From: an uncultured SAR86 cluster bacterium | GTDB lineage: Bacteria; Pseudomonadota; Gammaproteobacteria; Magnimaribacterales; AG-339-G14 | Reading direction: 5' to 3' | DNA length: 64,000 bases | Assembly: GCA_902578495.1 (NCBI GenBank) | Contig: CACHCY010000003.1 | Coordinates: forward strand, 32,337-96,336 | Part shown: positions 31,764 through 41,168 of the stretch, piece by piece | How the letters are laid out: every line of letters starts with the position of its first letter | Position numbering within the stretch: position 1 is the stretch's first letter | Notes under the pieces: model-generated | Seen by the model: the letters and a program-made list of their open reading frames with translations, nothing else | The model's database searches: none | Told to the model about the DNA's origin: nothing | Translations under genes and position numbers: made by a program

Positions 31764-34700
31764 ATGAAATTTTCATCTAAATTATTTTTAATTTTTTCTT
31801 TTCTTCTATCATCTTTTTCTTTTGTGCAAGAAAGTGATGGATTAGAAGAAGTAACAGTTACTGCTCAAAGACAAGAGCAAAGTCTTCAGTCAGTTCCTTT
31901 GGCAGTTAGTTCTTTAGACACTGATGATTTAGCAGTTAGGCAAATTGAAGAAGCTAAAGATCTTCAAATGTTTATTCCAGGCCTAAGATTTGGCGGAAAC
32001 ATTGGTGAGGGTTCCGGTTCTTTTGAAATAAGAGGAATGACAAACGGAGCTACTTCTGGAACTTCTGATCCCGGTGTGGCTGTTCATATTAATGATATGG
32101 CGGTAGGAGTTGTGGATGTCGCTTCCGGTGGTATTTACGATATGCAAAGAGTTGAGGTCATTAGAGGACCAGCAGGAACTCTATATGGAAGAAATGCGAT
32201 TGGTGGATCCATAAACTTTATTACAGCAAAAGCAGATACTTCAGGCTTTTACGGTTCATCTAAAGTTGATTTAGGTGACTACGGAAGATTTGGGACTGAA
32301 TCAGTATTTAATGTACCTTTAGACGATACAGTTGCATTAAGAATTGCAACTTACACTCTCAGACAGGATCCTCTTATTGAGAATATATATTCACAAGGTC
32401 AAGATATTGATAACAGAAATCAATCTGCTTACAGATTGACTCTTACTTTTGATGCTTCGGATAAAACAACAGTTAATGTCATTCATTCTGCATCGTTAGA
32501 GGACTCAACTAGAAATGTATCTGCTGGATCGTGGTGTGATAGAGACCCATCCCTTGTGGTTGGTTGTACTCAAGTTGCTCCAGAAAATCAAAAATTTGAA
32601 ATAGCTAATCCTATGTCTACATTTGTTGAGAATCTACTTGTTGCGCAAGGAGTATTAGATTTCACTCCTGTTACAGACATGTCTGGTGCACCGCAACAAT
32701 TCTGGCAAGTTAATCTTAGAGGAGCTCCTATGTACACGGTTGATGAATACCTCACTCAGGTGTTGATTGATCACGATATTTCTGATGAATTATTTCTTTC
32801 CGTTGCGGCAAGCAGAAAAGATAGAGATTTCAATAGAAGAGAGGCTTGGGAATCTCCTGAACTGGATACTCTTAGATTTTTAGATTCTCCAGCAACTCCT
32901 GGCGGGATAGGAACTATGTCAGACACATTTAATCCGGCATGTTCAGTTGAAAGTTATACTGCGGGTTGGTTTGGCGGCTGTATTCTTGATACCGTAAATA
33001 ATCCTGTTGGTGCTTTTGGATATATGAGTGAACAAATCACTGATTCAGTTGAAATGAAGTTGGTTTCAAGTTTTGATGGAGCTCACAACTTCCTTTTTGG
33101 TATGAACTATTATAAAAACGTAGGTGATACTAATACTGATGTTGTTGCTTCTGGTTTAGATGCTTTAACGAAAGCTCCTGCAGCGGCTTTAGTTGGCGCA
33201 CAATTAAATGCATTGGGTATTCAGCTATATGCACCTCACTTTAGAACAGGCAATATTGATACTATCGAATCTTCTGCGGTATTTGGAGAATACTACTATC
33301 AAGCTAATGATGATGTGAAAATTACCATAGGTCTTCGATACACAGATGATTTCAAAGAAGCTTTACCGAGCAATCCTTTCATTAACGTATTTGGATATCA
33401 AAAAGGTTTTATGACTGATGTTTTAGCCGGAATGCTTACAAGCGGTCAAGTCCCCAGCGCTGCTGCATGGGAGGCTCTTTTCTGTCCTCCAGGCGGCGCA
33501 TTTTGTCCAGCTGGTATTCCAGGTAGAGAAGGTTTAAGCGGTCCTGGTGAAGCTTATAAAGCAGCTGGTTTTGATACTACACTTGAGACAAGTAAGTTTA
33601 CTGGTAGATTCGTTGTTGATTACTTTATTAACTCTGATTCTATGATGTATGTCTCGCTTTCTAAAGGTTTTAAAGGTGGTGGAATTAATCCTGGATTTGA
33701 TCCAGGAGCTTTTGCTGGTGTTCCTACAGGTTTTCCAGATTCTGAAGTATGGAATGTAGAAGTTGGATTTAAGAATGAGTTTCCTGATCAAGGAATTAGA
33801 TTCAATGTTTCTGCTTATGCTTCGCAGGTTGAAAATTATCATATTGGTAAAATCATCAACAGAACTACAATTAATGAAGGAATTGATGTTGATATTACGG
33901 GTCTAGAAGCTGAGCTTTTAGTTGTCCCGCCTGAAGTACCTGGACTATCATTTAATGCTTCAATTAGTCTGACTAATTCTTCTATCGGTGACGGTGAAAA
34001 AGCTATTGATGTCATCAATAGAGACCTTCAGTTATCTGGTGGCGGAGCAGAGTGGCACCTGATGAAAGACGAGCAATCAGAGACTTATATTGTTAAGAAA
34101 ACTGCTTTGGCGGCTATGTGGCAAACAACTTTGCAAGAGGCCATTACTAATGGTGCAGCTACCACTCCTGCAGACGGTATTACTGCATTGAATCCTTCCT
34201 TGGATGGTCTAGGTCTAGTTTCAACAGTTTTCTTTAACCCAATAGAACATCATGGCGATAGAGCTTTTGGTGAACCTACTCCCGTGAGCTATTTCAATCC
34301 ATTTACTTTCGCAATGCCAGCAGATGGACACTTGCCATCTTTAGGTAATAGGTTAAGAAATAATGCTGATTTTGATCCATTAAGAGTATTAGCTCAGCTT
34401 CATGGATTTGATTTAGTAGCAGGAACTGATATCAGCGAAGGTCTGGAAACTGATTTATCAGGAAACAGTCTATACCATCCTGAAAGTCAAATTTCACTTG
34501 GTTTAGGGTATCTACAAGACGTTGGCGAAATTAAAATTAACTATCGTCTTGATTATTATATACAAGGCCAAAGATATAACAGGGTTTACAACTTAGCTAG
34601 TGATTATCTTGAAGGATGGGATGAATTAGGAGCACAAATCACTGTCTCAGACAGTGATGATTCTTGGTTCGTTCAATTCTACGGTCAAAACATTACTGAT

Positions 34701-34811
34701 AATGAAAGTATCTATTACAGAAATTTAGAAAGTACTGCAGTAGGTAATTATCAAAGAATCATGGCTAGAGAAAGAGCTAGATACGGTGTAAGAGCTGGAT
34801 GGAATTTTTAA
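31764..34811 (+). CDS. TonB-dependent receptor 3 (close paralogue of TBDR2)
   Basis: GLEEVTVTAQRQEQSLQ, WCDRDPSLVVGC, RERARYGVRAGWNF. Confidence 0.95.
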   Translation: MKFSSKLFLIFSFLLSSFSFVQESDGLEEVTVTAQRQEQSLQSVPLAVSSLDTDDLAVRQIEEAKDLQMFIPGLRFGGNIGEGSGSFEIRGMTNGATSGTSDPGVAVHINDMAVGVVDVASGGIYDMQRVEVIRGPAGTLYGRNAIGGSINFITAKADTSGFYGSSKVDLGDYGRFGTESVFNVPLDDTVALRIATYTLRQDPLIENIYSQGQDIDNRNQSAYRLTLTFDASDKTTVNVIHSASLEDSTRNVSAGSWCDRDPSLVVGCTQVAPENQKFEIANPMSTFVENLLVAQGVLDFTPVTDMSGAPQQFWQVNLRGAPMYTVDEYLTQVLIDHDISDELFLSVAASRKDRDFNRREAWESPELDTLRFLDSPATPGGIGTMSDTFNPACSVESYTAGWFGGCILDTVNNPVGAFGYMSEQITDSVEMKLVSSFDGAHNFLFGMNYYKNVGDTNTDVVASGLDALTKAPAAALVGAQLNALGIQLYAPHFRTGNIDTIESSAVFGEYYYQANDDVKITIGLRYTDDFKEALPSNPFINVFGYQKGFMTDVLAGMLTSGQVPSAAAWEALFCPPGGAFCPAGIPGREGLSGPGEAYKAAGFDTTLETSKFTGRFVVDYFINSDSMMYVSLSKGFKGGGINPGFDPGAFAGVPTGFPDSEVWNVEVGFKNEFPDQGIRFNVSAYASQVENYHIGKIINRTTINEGIDVDITGLEAELLVVPPEVPGLSFNASISLTNSSIGDGEKAIDVINRDLQLSGGGAEWHLMKDEQSETYIVKKTALAAMWQTTLQEAITNGAATTPADGITALNPSLDGLGLVSTVFFNPIEHHGDRAFGEPTPVSYFNPFTFAMPADGHLPSLGNRLRNNADFDPLRVLAQLHGFDLVAGTDISEGLETDLSGNSLYHPESQISLGLGYLQDVGEIKINYRLDYYIQGQRYNRVYNLASDYLEGWDELGAQITVSDSDDSWFVQFYGQNITDNESIYYRNLESTAVGNYQRIMARERARYGVRAGWNF

Positions 34812-34825
34812 TTAAATTCTTTACC

Positions 34826-34857
34826 AAAAAAACCCTGCTAATGCAGGGTTTTTTTTT
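34826..34857 (+). terminator. Intrinsic terminator after TBDR3
   Basis: AAAAAAACCCTGC-TAAT-GCAGGGTTTTTTTTT. Confidence 0.88.
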
Positions 34858-34903
34858 GATTAAGACATTATTGTTATAAAATACAAACTAAGGTTTTACC
34901 CAA

Positions 34904-35917
34904 ATGATCAAATATATTAATAATATTGCTGGTATTTTAATTTTATTAAATATTTTTGATCAAATTTTTTCTTCAAGCAAAATCATTCCAGAAAACATTT
35001 ATTTTGATATTTTTGTTATAACTTCGTATATTTTTTTTGGGGCAGAGTTTATTTTTAGGATTCTTATTGAAAGAAGATTTTCTTTCTTGTTAGTTTTTGA
35101 TTTTGTTGTTTTGGCTAATTATGTTTTCTTTGGTTTTTACGATTTAAGAATATTAAGAATTTTTAGAGCTTATTCAATTTATAGTAATCATAAGATGTTA
35201 CTACCAACAAACACCTTATTAAGAACAGTGTATAACCAACGTTTAGCGCTATTAGGCTCTCAGATAATGGTTTTTTCAGTTCTGTTGATTTTTTCTACTT
35301 TAATTCACTTTATTGAGAGGGATATTAATCCTGAATATTTTGGATCTATTCTTAACTCAATGTGGTTTGGAATAGCTACCTTAACAACAGTAGGATACGG
35401 GGATGTAACTCCTTCATCTCCTTTAGGTCAAGTTTTAACTTCTTTAACGATGTTTTTAGGTATCGGAATGTTTGCATTGCCTGCAGCAATTTTAGCTTCA
35501 GCTTATTATGAGGAAATTCAAAAAAGAAATTTTCTTATCACGATGGAAACAATTTCGAGTATTCCACTATTCTCAATGTTGCCAATAGGCGCTTTAAGTA
35601 AAATTAACGATAAGTTGGTTGCAGAGATTTATCCTGCTAAAAGAAAGATCATCGAAAAAGGTGATGAGGCAGACTGCATGTACATTATTGAATTTGGATC
35701 TGTTCAGGTTGAAATTGAATCTCCAGTTACTTTGGGGCAGGGTGACTATTTCGGAGAAAAAGGAATCCTTTCTAAGGAGTTGCGTAATGCATCAATTAGT
35801 TCTCTGGAAGAAGTTAAACTACTTTCTTTGTCAAAAGAAGATCTTGAAGAATTAATGGAAGAGTATCCCCATCTCTTTGAAGAGCTTGAAAAAGTTAGTT
35901 TAGATAGAACCGGTTAA
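34904..35917 (+). CDS. Cyclic-nucleotide-regulated K+ channel (MloK1-like 6TM + CNBD)
   Basis: S4 LRILRIFR, filter TTVGYGD, CNBD with GD.ADCMY, YFGE...RNAS. Confidence 0.9.
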   Translation: MIKYINNIAGILILLNIFDQIFSSSKIIPENIYFDIFVITSYIFFGAEFIFRILIERRFSFLLVFDFVVLANYVFFGFYDLRILRIFRAYSIYSNHKMLLPTNTLLRTVYNQRLALLGSQIMVFSVLLIFSTLIHFIERDINPEYFGSILNSMWFGIATLTTVGYGDVTPSSPLGQVLTSLTMFLGIGMFALPAAILASAYYEEIQKRNFLITMETISSIPLFSMLPIGALSKINDKLVAEIYPAKRKIIEKGDEADCMYIIEFGSVQVEIESPVTLGQGDYFGEKGILSKELRNASISSLEEVKLLSLSKEDLEELMEEYPHLFEELEKVSLDRTG

Positions 35918-36657
35918 TTAAACGAATAAGAGAATTTCGTACTTAATCCTTGATCATCCTCAACGGCATTGAGTATAGGTACTGAATCATATGCAATATC
36001 GTACTGCAGGCTGATACTAAATTTTTCATTAACTTTAAAATTAAAAGCCATCAAGAGGCTTGTTTTGTAATCGTTAAAATCTAATATATCGGGTTGATAA
36101 TAAATAGTCGTATTGAAGTTAACGTTTTCAGCGATTTCAAAATTATCATGGAAATATAGAGAGAATCTTGTTGTATCAGTGACCGAATCTTCTAAATCAG
36201 TTTCTTCTTCATAGATAACTCCTGCTCCAAATCTCATTTGATCATCTATGATCATTCTAAGACCTGTCCCAAAAAGATTCCTTTCTCTGAATAATCTAAA
36301 TGGATTCTTGGCCGATTGAATAAAAAATTCCGTATTGTATTGATTGTATGTTTCGAAAACAGATCGTATGTGAATGAGTTGAGAGATATCGGTAACGTTT
36401 TGATTTATTTTCCTCTCAGATTTTCTGAGAATCATGAAATTCTCGACGTCATCAAGATTGTAATCAAACCTTAGGTCAAATGAATAGAAATCTCTGTCTC
36501 TATTTCCTCTAGATGCATTTAAAGAAAAACCTAATCCAGCAAAAAAACCTTCTTTACCTTCGTTTCTTAACTCTTCTATATTCACAATAGTTTGAGACAT
36601 AGCCAAGGAGGGCAAGAACAATGTAATGAAGAGGAGTTTATTTAGTTGTTGCAACAT
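35914..36657 (-). CDS. DUF481-like outer-membrane beta-barrel protein
   Basis: Signal peptide, IVNIE.LR, alternating beta-strand pattern, C-terminal FSYSF. ATG at 36657 preferred over the track start. Confidence 0.72.
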   Translation of the reverse strand: MLQQLNKLLFITLFLPSLAMSQTIVNIEELRNEGKEGFFAGLGFSLNASRGNRDRDFYSFDLRFDYNLDDVENFMILRKSERKINQNVTDISQLIHIRSVFETYNQYNTEFFIQSAKNPFRLFRERNLFGTGLRMIIDDQMRFGAGVIYEEETDLEDSVTDTTRFSLYFHDNFEIAENVNFNTTIYYQPDILDFNDYKTSLLMAFNFKVNEKFSISLQYDIAYDSVPILNAVEDDQGLSTKFSYSFN

Positions 36658-38821
36658 ACGCTCCATTCCAATTTGGATCAGCTAAATTCCGCTTCATGTC
36701 TTTAATTCTGTCTTTAAAAATAGCGTAGTATAGATCAAACTCAATGACTTGTTGTTTCCATTTTTCAATAAAGTTTAAAGCTATATCCCATTGTTGATTT
36801 CTATAATTTTGAAGAAATTCTTCATGATCTTTAATAAACTCTGTTAATTTTCTATCTTTTAATGAGAATTCATCGAAAGAAGTATAGATTTTTACGGGTT
36901 CATTTTTCCCTTTTACTTGAATCAGATCTAATTCGAAAAGATTTACATTTGATTTAAGAGCATTCACTGTTTCGTGGCCTAGAATCCTCTGAAAACCATA
37001 AGTTCCAGATTGACCCTCTAATCTTGAAGCAAGGTTAACAGGATCACCTAAGACCGTATAATCAAACCTTTTTTCAGAACCCATATTCCCAACAATACAT
37101 TCACCGGTATTGATTCCAATACCAATTTTTAGTTCCATGCCTTTCTGTTTTTGGAATTCAATATTAAATTCCTCTAATGCTTTTTCCATATCAAAAGACG
37201 CTTTTAATGCTAAATCAGTATGATTATCTTGATCAGTGGGTGCATTCCAAAAAGCCATAATGCAATCTCCCATATATTTATCAATAGTACCGTCATTATC
37301 TAAAATTTCATTAGACAAAACAGTGAGTAGGTTGTTTATCAATTCGGTTAATTCTTCAGGATTAGATTTATAACTTTCTGATATGGCTGTAAATCCTCTA
37401 ATATCAGAAAATAGGAAGGTCATATTTTTCTTCTCTCCACCAAGCTTTAGCGATTCACTTGATTCAGCAAGTCTAGAAACCATTTCTGGAGCTAAATATT
37501 GAGAGAATGCTGTCCTAACCTTGCTTCTTTCTAGCTCAGTAAAAAGAAAATTAAAGAAAGTAATTATTAAGTAACTTGTTAAGCATATTATTAAAGGAGA
37601 AATAGGATCTATTAAATAATCTAATTCGTTGAAGCCATAGAAAGAACCGTAAAGACTGCTTAAATTTGCTACTAAAAATGTTATCAAGCCCCCGATAGGA
37701 CCAAAATATTGAATGATTAAGCAAATCAAAATAGAAAAAAGTAAGCCAAATAAAAACTCTGCTCCTTCCATCCAATCTGGTCTAACTAAAAACTCTCCAT
37801 TTATAATTTGTTGAATTCCTTGGGCAATGATCGTGACACCAGGTATATCTTTCTCAAGAGACGTATTTCTAATATCTAGCAGTCCTGACGCACTTGTACC
37901 TACAAGGACAATCTTTCCAGCAAAGAATTCTTTATCAAAAGTATTATTTATGACTTCAAAGGCTGAAATTATGTTCAAATTTTCTTTAAATGTTGAATGT
38001 AGCCAGAGGTAACCGTTTGAATTAGTAGGAATTATTACGTTTCCAAGTTTTACGTTGTTGATACCAGTACTTTCACCAAAAGCTAACTCTCCTGAAGCAT
38101 TAGATGACTTGATTTGATACGTGCTTGCTCCTATCGCAACCCTTAAGGTTTCCAGCATCAAAGATGGTACTATCTGTCCATTCACCACTTCAAATGTTGG
38201 CAAGCTTCTGACAATACTTGAATCTCCTCCAATACTCATAGACCCAACTCCAGCAGAAGAATCTATTAAAGCGGGTAAATTATTTTGCATACCTGTGTAA
38301 TTAGGAAGAAATTCTTTTGGTGAGTCACCTTGAATTATTAGGCCGTATTTAGGTGCTGTGTCCTCAGTTATTAATGTATTATTTGGTGCACTTCCCAGAA
38401 CAACAGTAGAGTGTGATTGCATAGACTCAGCAAAAACTCTGTCATTTGGTTTTATTTTTTTTAACTCATTAATAAGATCAGAATTTGTTGAATATTGCTC
38501 AGAAAGAACGTCACTTCCAGTTCTATCTCTTTCAGCAAAAACAATATCAAATGATGTAGTAAGAGCCTGCTCTGTATTACTAACTAATCTAGATAATAGA
38601 TCTCTAGACCATGGCCATTGACCTAGATTATTTAGCGACTGATCATCAATATCAATTATTACAACGGGATCATCTTCTAACTGATCCCTTGGGCTTATTT
38701 GCTGCAAAGTATCAAAAGCAAACAATCTTAAATCATTAAAAATATTTAATGGATTCGCTAAAGGAATTAATCCTATTAAAATAGCTAAAGGTAGAAGTAA
38801 TTTTTTTTGAATGTTCTTCAT
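36638..38821 (-). CDS. CHASE2-domain class III adenylate cyclase
   Basis: IIDIDD.SL...GQWPWSR (CHASE2), three TMs, FSDIRGFT, DKYMGDC, RFDYTVLGDPVNLASRLEG. Confidence 0.94.
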   Translation of the reverse strand: MKNIQKKLLLPLAILIGLIPLANPLNIFNDLRLFAFDTLQQISPRDQLEDDPVVIIDIDDQSLNNLGQWPWSRDLLSRLVSNTEQALTTSFDIVFAERDRTGSDVLSEQYSTNSDLINELKKIKPNDRVFAESMQSHSTVVLGSAPNNTLITEDTAPKYGLIIQGDSPKEFLPNYTGMQNNLPALIDSSAGVGSMSIGGDSSIVRSLPTFEVVNGQIVPSLMLETLRVAIGASTYQIKSSNASGELAFGESTGINNVKLGNVIIPTNSNGYLWLHSTFKENLNIISAFEVINNTFDKEFFAGKIVLVGTSASGLLDIRNTSLEKDIPGVTIIAQGIQQIINGEFLVRPDWMEGAEFLFGLLFSILICLIIQYFGPIGGLITFLVANLSSLYGSFYGFNELDYLIDPISPLIICLTSYLIITFFNFLFTELERSKVRTAFSQYLAPEMVSRLAESSESLKLGGEKKNMTFLFSDIRGFTAISESYKSNPEELTELINNLLTVLSNEILDNDGTIDKYMGDCIMAFWNAPTDQDNHTDLALKASFDMEKALEEFNIEFQKQKGMELKIGIGINTGECIVGNMGSEKRFDYTVLGDPVNLASRLEGQSGTYGFQRILGHETVNALKSNVNLFELDLIQVKGKNEPVKIYTSFDEFSLKDRKLTEFIKDHEEFLQNYRNQQWDIALNFIEKWKQQVIEFDLYYAIFKDRIKDMKRNLADPNWNGAYVATTK

Positions 38822-38858
38822 TTTCTTTTTATAAAACCTTTATAATTGACGCCTTGTC

Positions 38859-40181
38859 ATGTCTATTAAATATATTTTATTACTATTTATCTTTTGTTTC
38901 GGTGTTTTTGCATTAGCACAAAACGTACCACCGACTATATCGGATCCTGAGCAATTAGAAACCATTAGAAAAGAAAGGCAAGCTATTTTTGATGAATTAA
39001 TAGAAGACCCAACTAATCAAGGTAATTTATTTAAATACGCTAACTTATCAATTATTTTAGGAGATTTAGAGGCTGCGATAGGAGTCTTTGAACAAATGTT
39101 AATTTACGATCCTACTCTGGCAAGAATCAGGCTAGAACTAGGAGTGCTTTATTTCAGGCTAGAAGCCTACGCTCCAGCAAAACTATACCTTGATAGTGTT
39201 AAAGACTATGATCCACCTCAGGAGGTTATTACTAAAGTTGATTCCTTTTTAGCAGCTATTGAAGAACAGGAAAAACCACTGACGGTTAATCAATTGATGA
39301 CTTTTGGACTTGCTAGCTCTACAAACGCCAACGCTGGTATAGATGCCGATATTATAGAAATTGCTGGTTTTCCTCTTGAAGTTTCTCCTGATTCAAAACC
39401 TCAATCTGATTCAAAATTCTCTGTAAATTACAATTTATCTTTGACTCAAAATTTGAATAATCCTCGCGGTGATGCAATTAATTATTTTCTTGCGGTTGCA
39501 ACCACCTATCAATCTAGATTTACACAATTTGATCAAAGAAGTTTTGTTTTTGGTTTAAATAGTAGTTTAGATGTAGAAGAGGGTAGTCTAGGGGTGCTAA
39601 AAAATCCATCAGTAACTCCAAGTTTTACGAGAATTCAAGTTTACTTGCAAGGAAAGCCTCTGCTTGAATCTAATGCTTTCACCGTGAGTCACTCTGGATC
39701 TTTATCGAATGGTTCTGTTTTTGAATATGGTTTTAACGTAGATAAAAGAAATTTTATTGGGTTAGAGGCAAAGAGCGGTTATCGATACGGAACTTTTGTA
39801 AATAATACTTTTAATCTTCCGAATAATAATTCTAGTTGGACTATGAATATCTTCTCCGATAAATACGAAGCCAATCAAAAATTCGAGTCTTTTAGGCAAT
39901 GGGGTTTTGGTTTTAATTATAGAATGCCTCTCCCAGATGCATGGGTCATGGCCGCGAATTATGATTGGTCTACTAAAAACTATCTTGCTCCTAACGGTCC
40001 TCTTGGAACAAGAAAAGATATTAATGAATCATCAGATTTAACCTTTTCAAGACTCTATATAAATTGTTTATCTATGAATATTTTTCTAAAACCGTTCGAT
40101 AATAGAAGTAGCATTGATATATTTTCAAGAAGTAACACTGATGTAGGTGTAAACCTTTCTTATCTTTGTTTAAATAACTAA
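38859..40181 (+). CDS. Secreted TPR plus probable outer-membrane beta-barrel protein (DUF560/Slam-like)
   Basis: Signal peptide, TPR helices (AAIGVFEQML...RIRLELGVLYF), beta-strand-rich C-terminal region. Confidence 0.65.
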   Translation: MSIKYILLLFIFCFGVFALAQNVPPTISDPEQLETIRKERQAIFDELIEDPTNQGNLFKYANLSIILGDLEAAIGVFEQMLIYDPTLARIRLELGVLYFRLEAYAPAKLYLDSVKDYDPPQEVITKVDSFLAAIEEQEKPLTVNQLMTFGLASSTNANAGIDADIIEIAGFPLEVSPDSKPQSDSKFSVNYNLSLTQNLNNPRGDAINYFLAVATTYQSRFTQFDQRSFVFGLNSSLDVEEGSLGVLKNPSVTPSFTRIQVYLQGKPLLESNAFTVSHSGSLSNGSVFEYGFNVDKRNFIGLEAKSGYRYGTFVNNTFNLPNNNSSWTMNIFSDKYEANQKFESFRQWGFGFNYRMPLPDAWVMAANYDWSTKNYLAPNGPLGTRKDINESSDLTFSRLYINCLSMNIFLKPFDNRSSIDIFSRSNTDVGVNLSYLCLNN

Positions 40182-40213
40182 CCTTAAATTTTACTTGAGT
40201 ATATAATCCGCAG

Positions 40214-40939
40214 ATGAATCAAATAGTTCAATTTTTCTTAAAGATTAGAAATAGTCGTTTTTTTAATGGAATAGTAATTTTTGTAATCATCGGCTCTGCT
40301 ATTTATGCAGGAGTTAGTTCTTATGATCTCTCAGAGAATTACGTCGAATTATTGAACTTTTTAGATACCGCAATAACAGTTTTCTTCTTAATAGAGATTC
40401 TTATCAGAATAGTCGCTGAACGATCTCTAATTAAATTCTTTAAAGGCGGTTGGAACGTCTTTGATTTTATCATCGTAACTGTCAGTTTAATTCCAATCAC
40501 TGGAGGAGAGACGGCATTTGTTGCAAGATTACTCAGGATTGTCAGGGTATTGAGAATTATCACTGTTGTACCTGCCTTGAAAAAAATTGTAGATGCGCTG
40601 TTTGAAACGCTTCCAAGAGTTGGTTTTGTAGCTCTTTTAATGTTTATTTTCATCTATATATGGGCAGCTATAGGTACTTTAGTCTTTGGTCCAACGGATC
40701 CAGAACACTGGGGCAATATTGGTCTTGCTATGCTTACTCTTGCACAAGTTGCAACATACGATGACTGGGCTGCTGTTATGAAAGATATTATTGAGGTATT
40801 CCCTTGGGTGTGGATCTACTTTATTAGTTTCATTCTGCTTAATGCAGTCATCATGTTGAACATGGTAATTGGAATCATTGTCGACGTTATGTCCAAGAAA
40901 TCAAGCAGCGGCCAGTTAAGTGCTGATGAGAATCAATAA
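40214..40939 (+). CDS. Voltage-gated cation channel (BacNav/NaChBac family) with TYDDW filter
   Basis: S2 E...RI, GWNVFDFII, S4 RLLRIVRVLR, pore QVATYDDW, S6 LNMVIGIIVD. Confidence 0.9.
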   Translation: MNQIVQFFLKIRNSRFFNGIVIFVIIGSAIYAGVSSYDLSENYVELLNFLDTAITVFFLIEILIRIVAERSLIKFFKGGWNVFDFIIVTVSLIPITGGETAFVARLLRIVRVLRIITVVPALKKIVDALFETLPRVGFVALLMFIFIYIWAAIGTLVFGPTDPEHWGNIGLAMLTLAQVATYDDWAAVMKDIIEVFPWVWIYFISFILLNAVIMLNMVIGIIVDVMSKKSSSGQLSADENQ

Positions 40940-41168
40940 TTTTCTGATTCTTATTTTCTTATTATCTTTATTTTCTTGCTCCTATCAAAAGGTAGTGAAA
41001 AATTCTATGTATGATTTAGATGAATTTGATGCATGTTATTTAGATCATAAATCTACTCTAGACACCGAGAAACAGAAGTATCTAGATATGCTTATAGAGT
41101 TAAGAAATTATAATTGTTCTCGGTATTATGAACTTTTTGTGAGAGGAACAATTATTCAGGGATATTAA
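40926..41168 (+). CDS. Small hypothetical lipoprotein
   Basis: Hydrophobic leader with LFSC lipobox and two more Cys; overlaps the 3' end of the channel gene. Confidence 0.55.
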   Translation: MRINNFLILIFLLSLFSCSYQKVVKNSMYDLDEFDACYLDHKSTLDTEKQKYLDMLIELRNYNCSRYYELFVRGTIIQGY

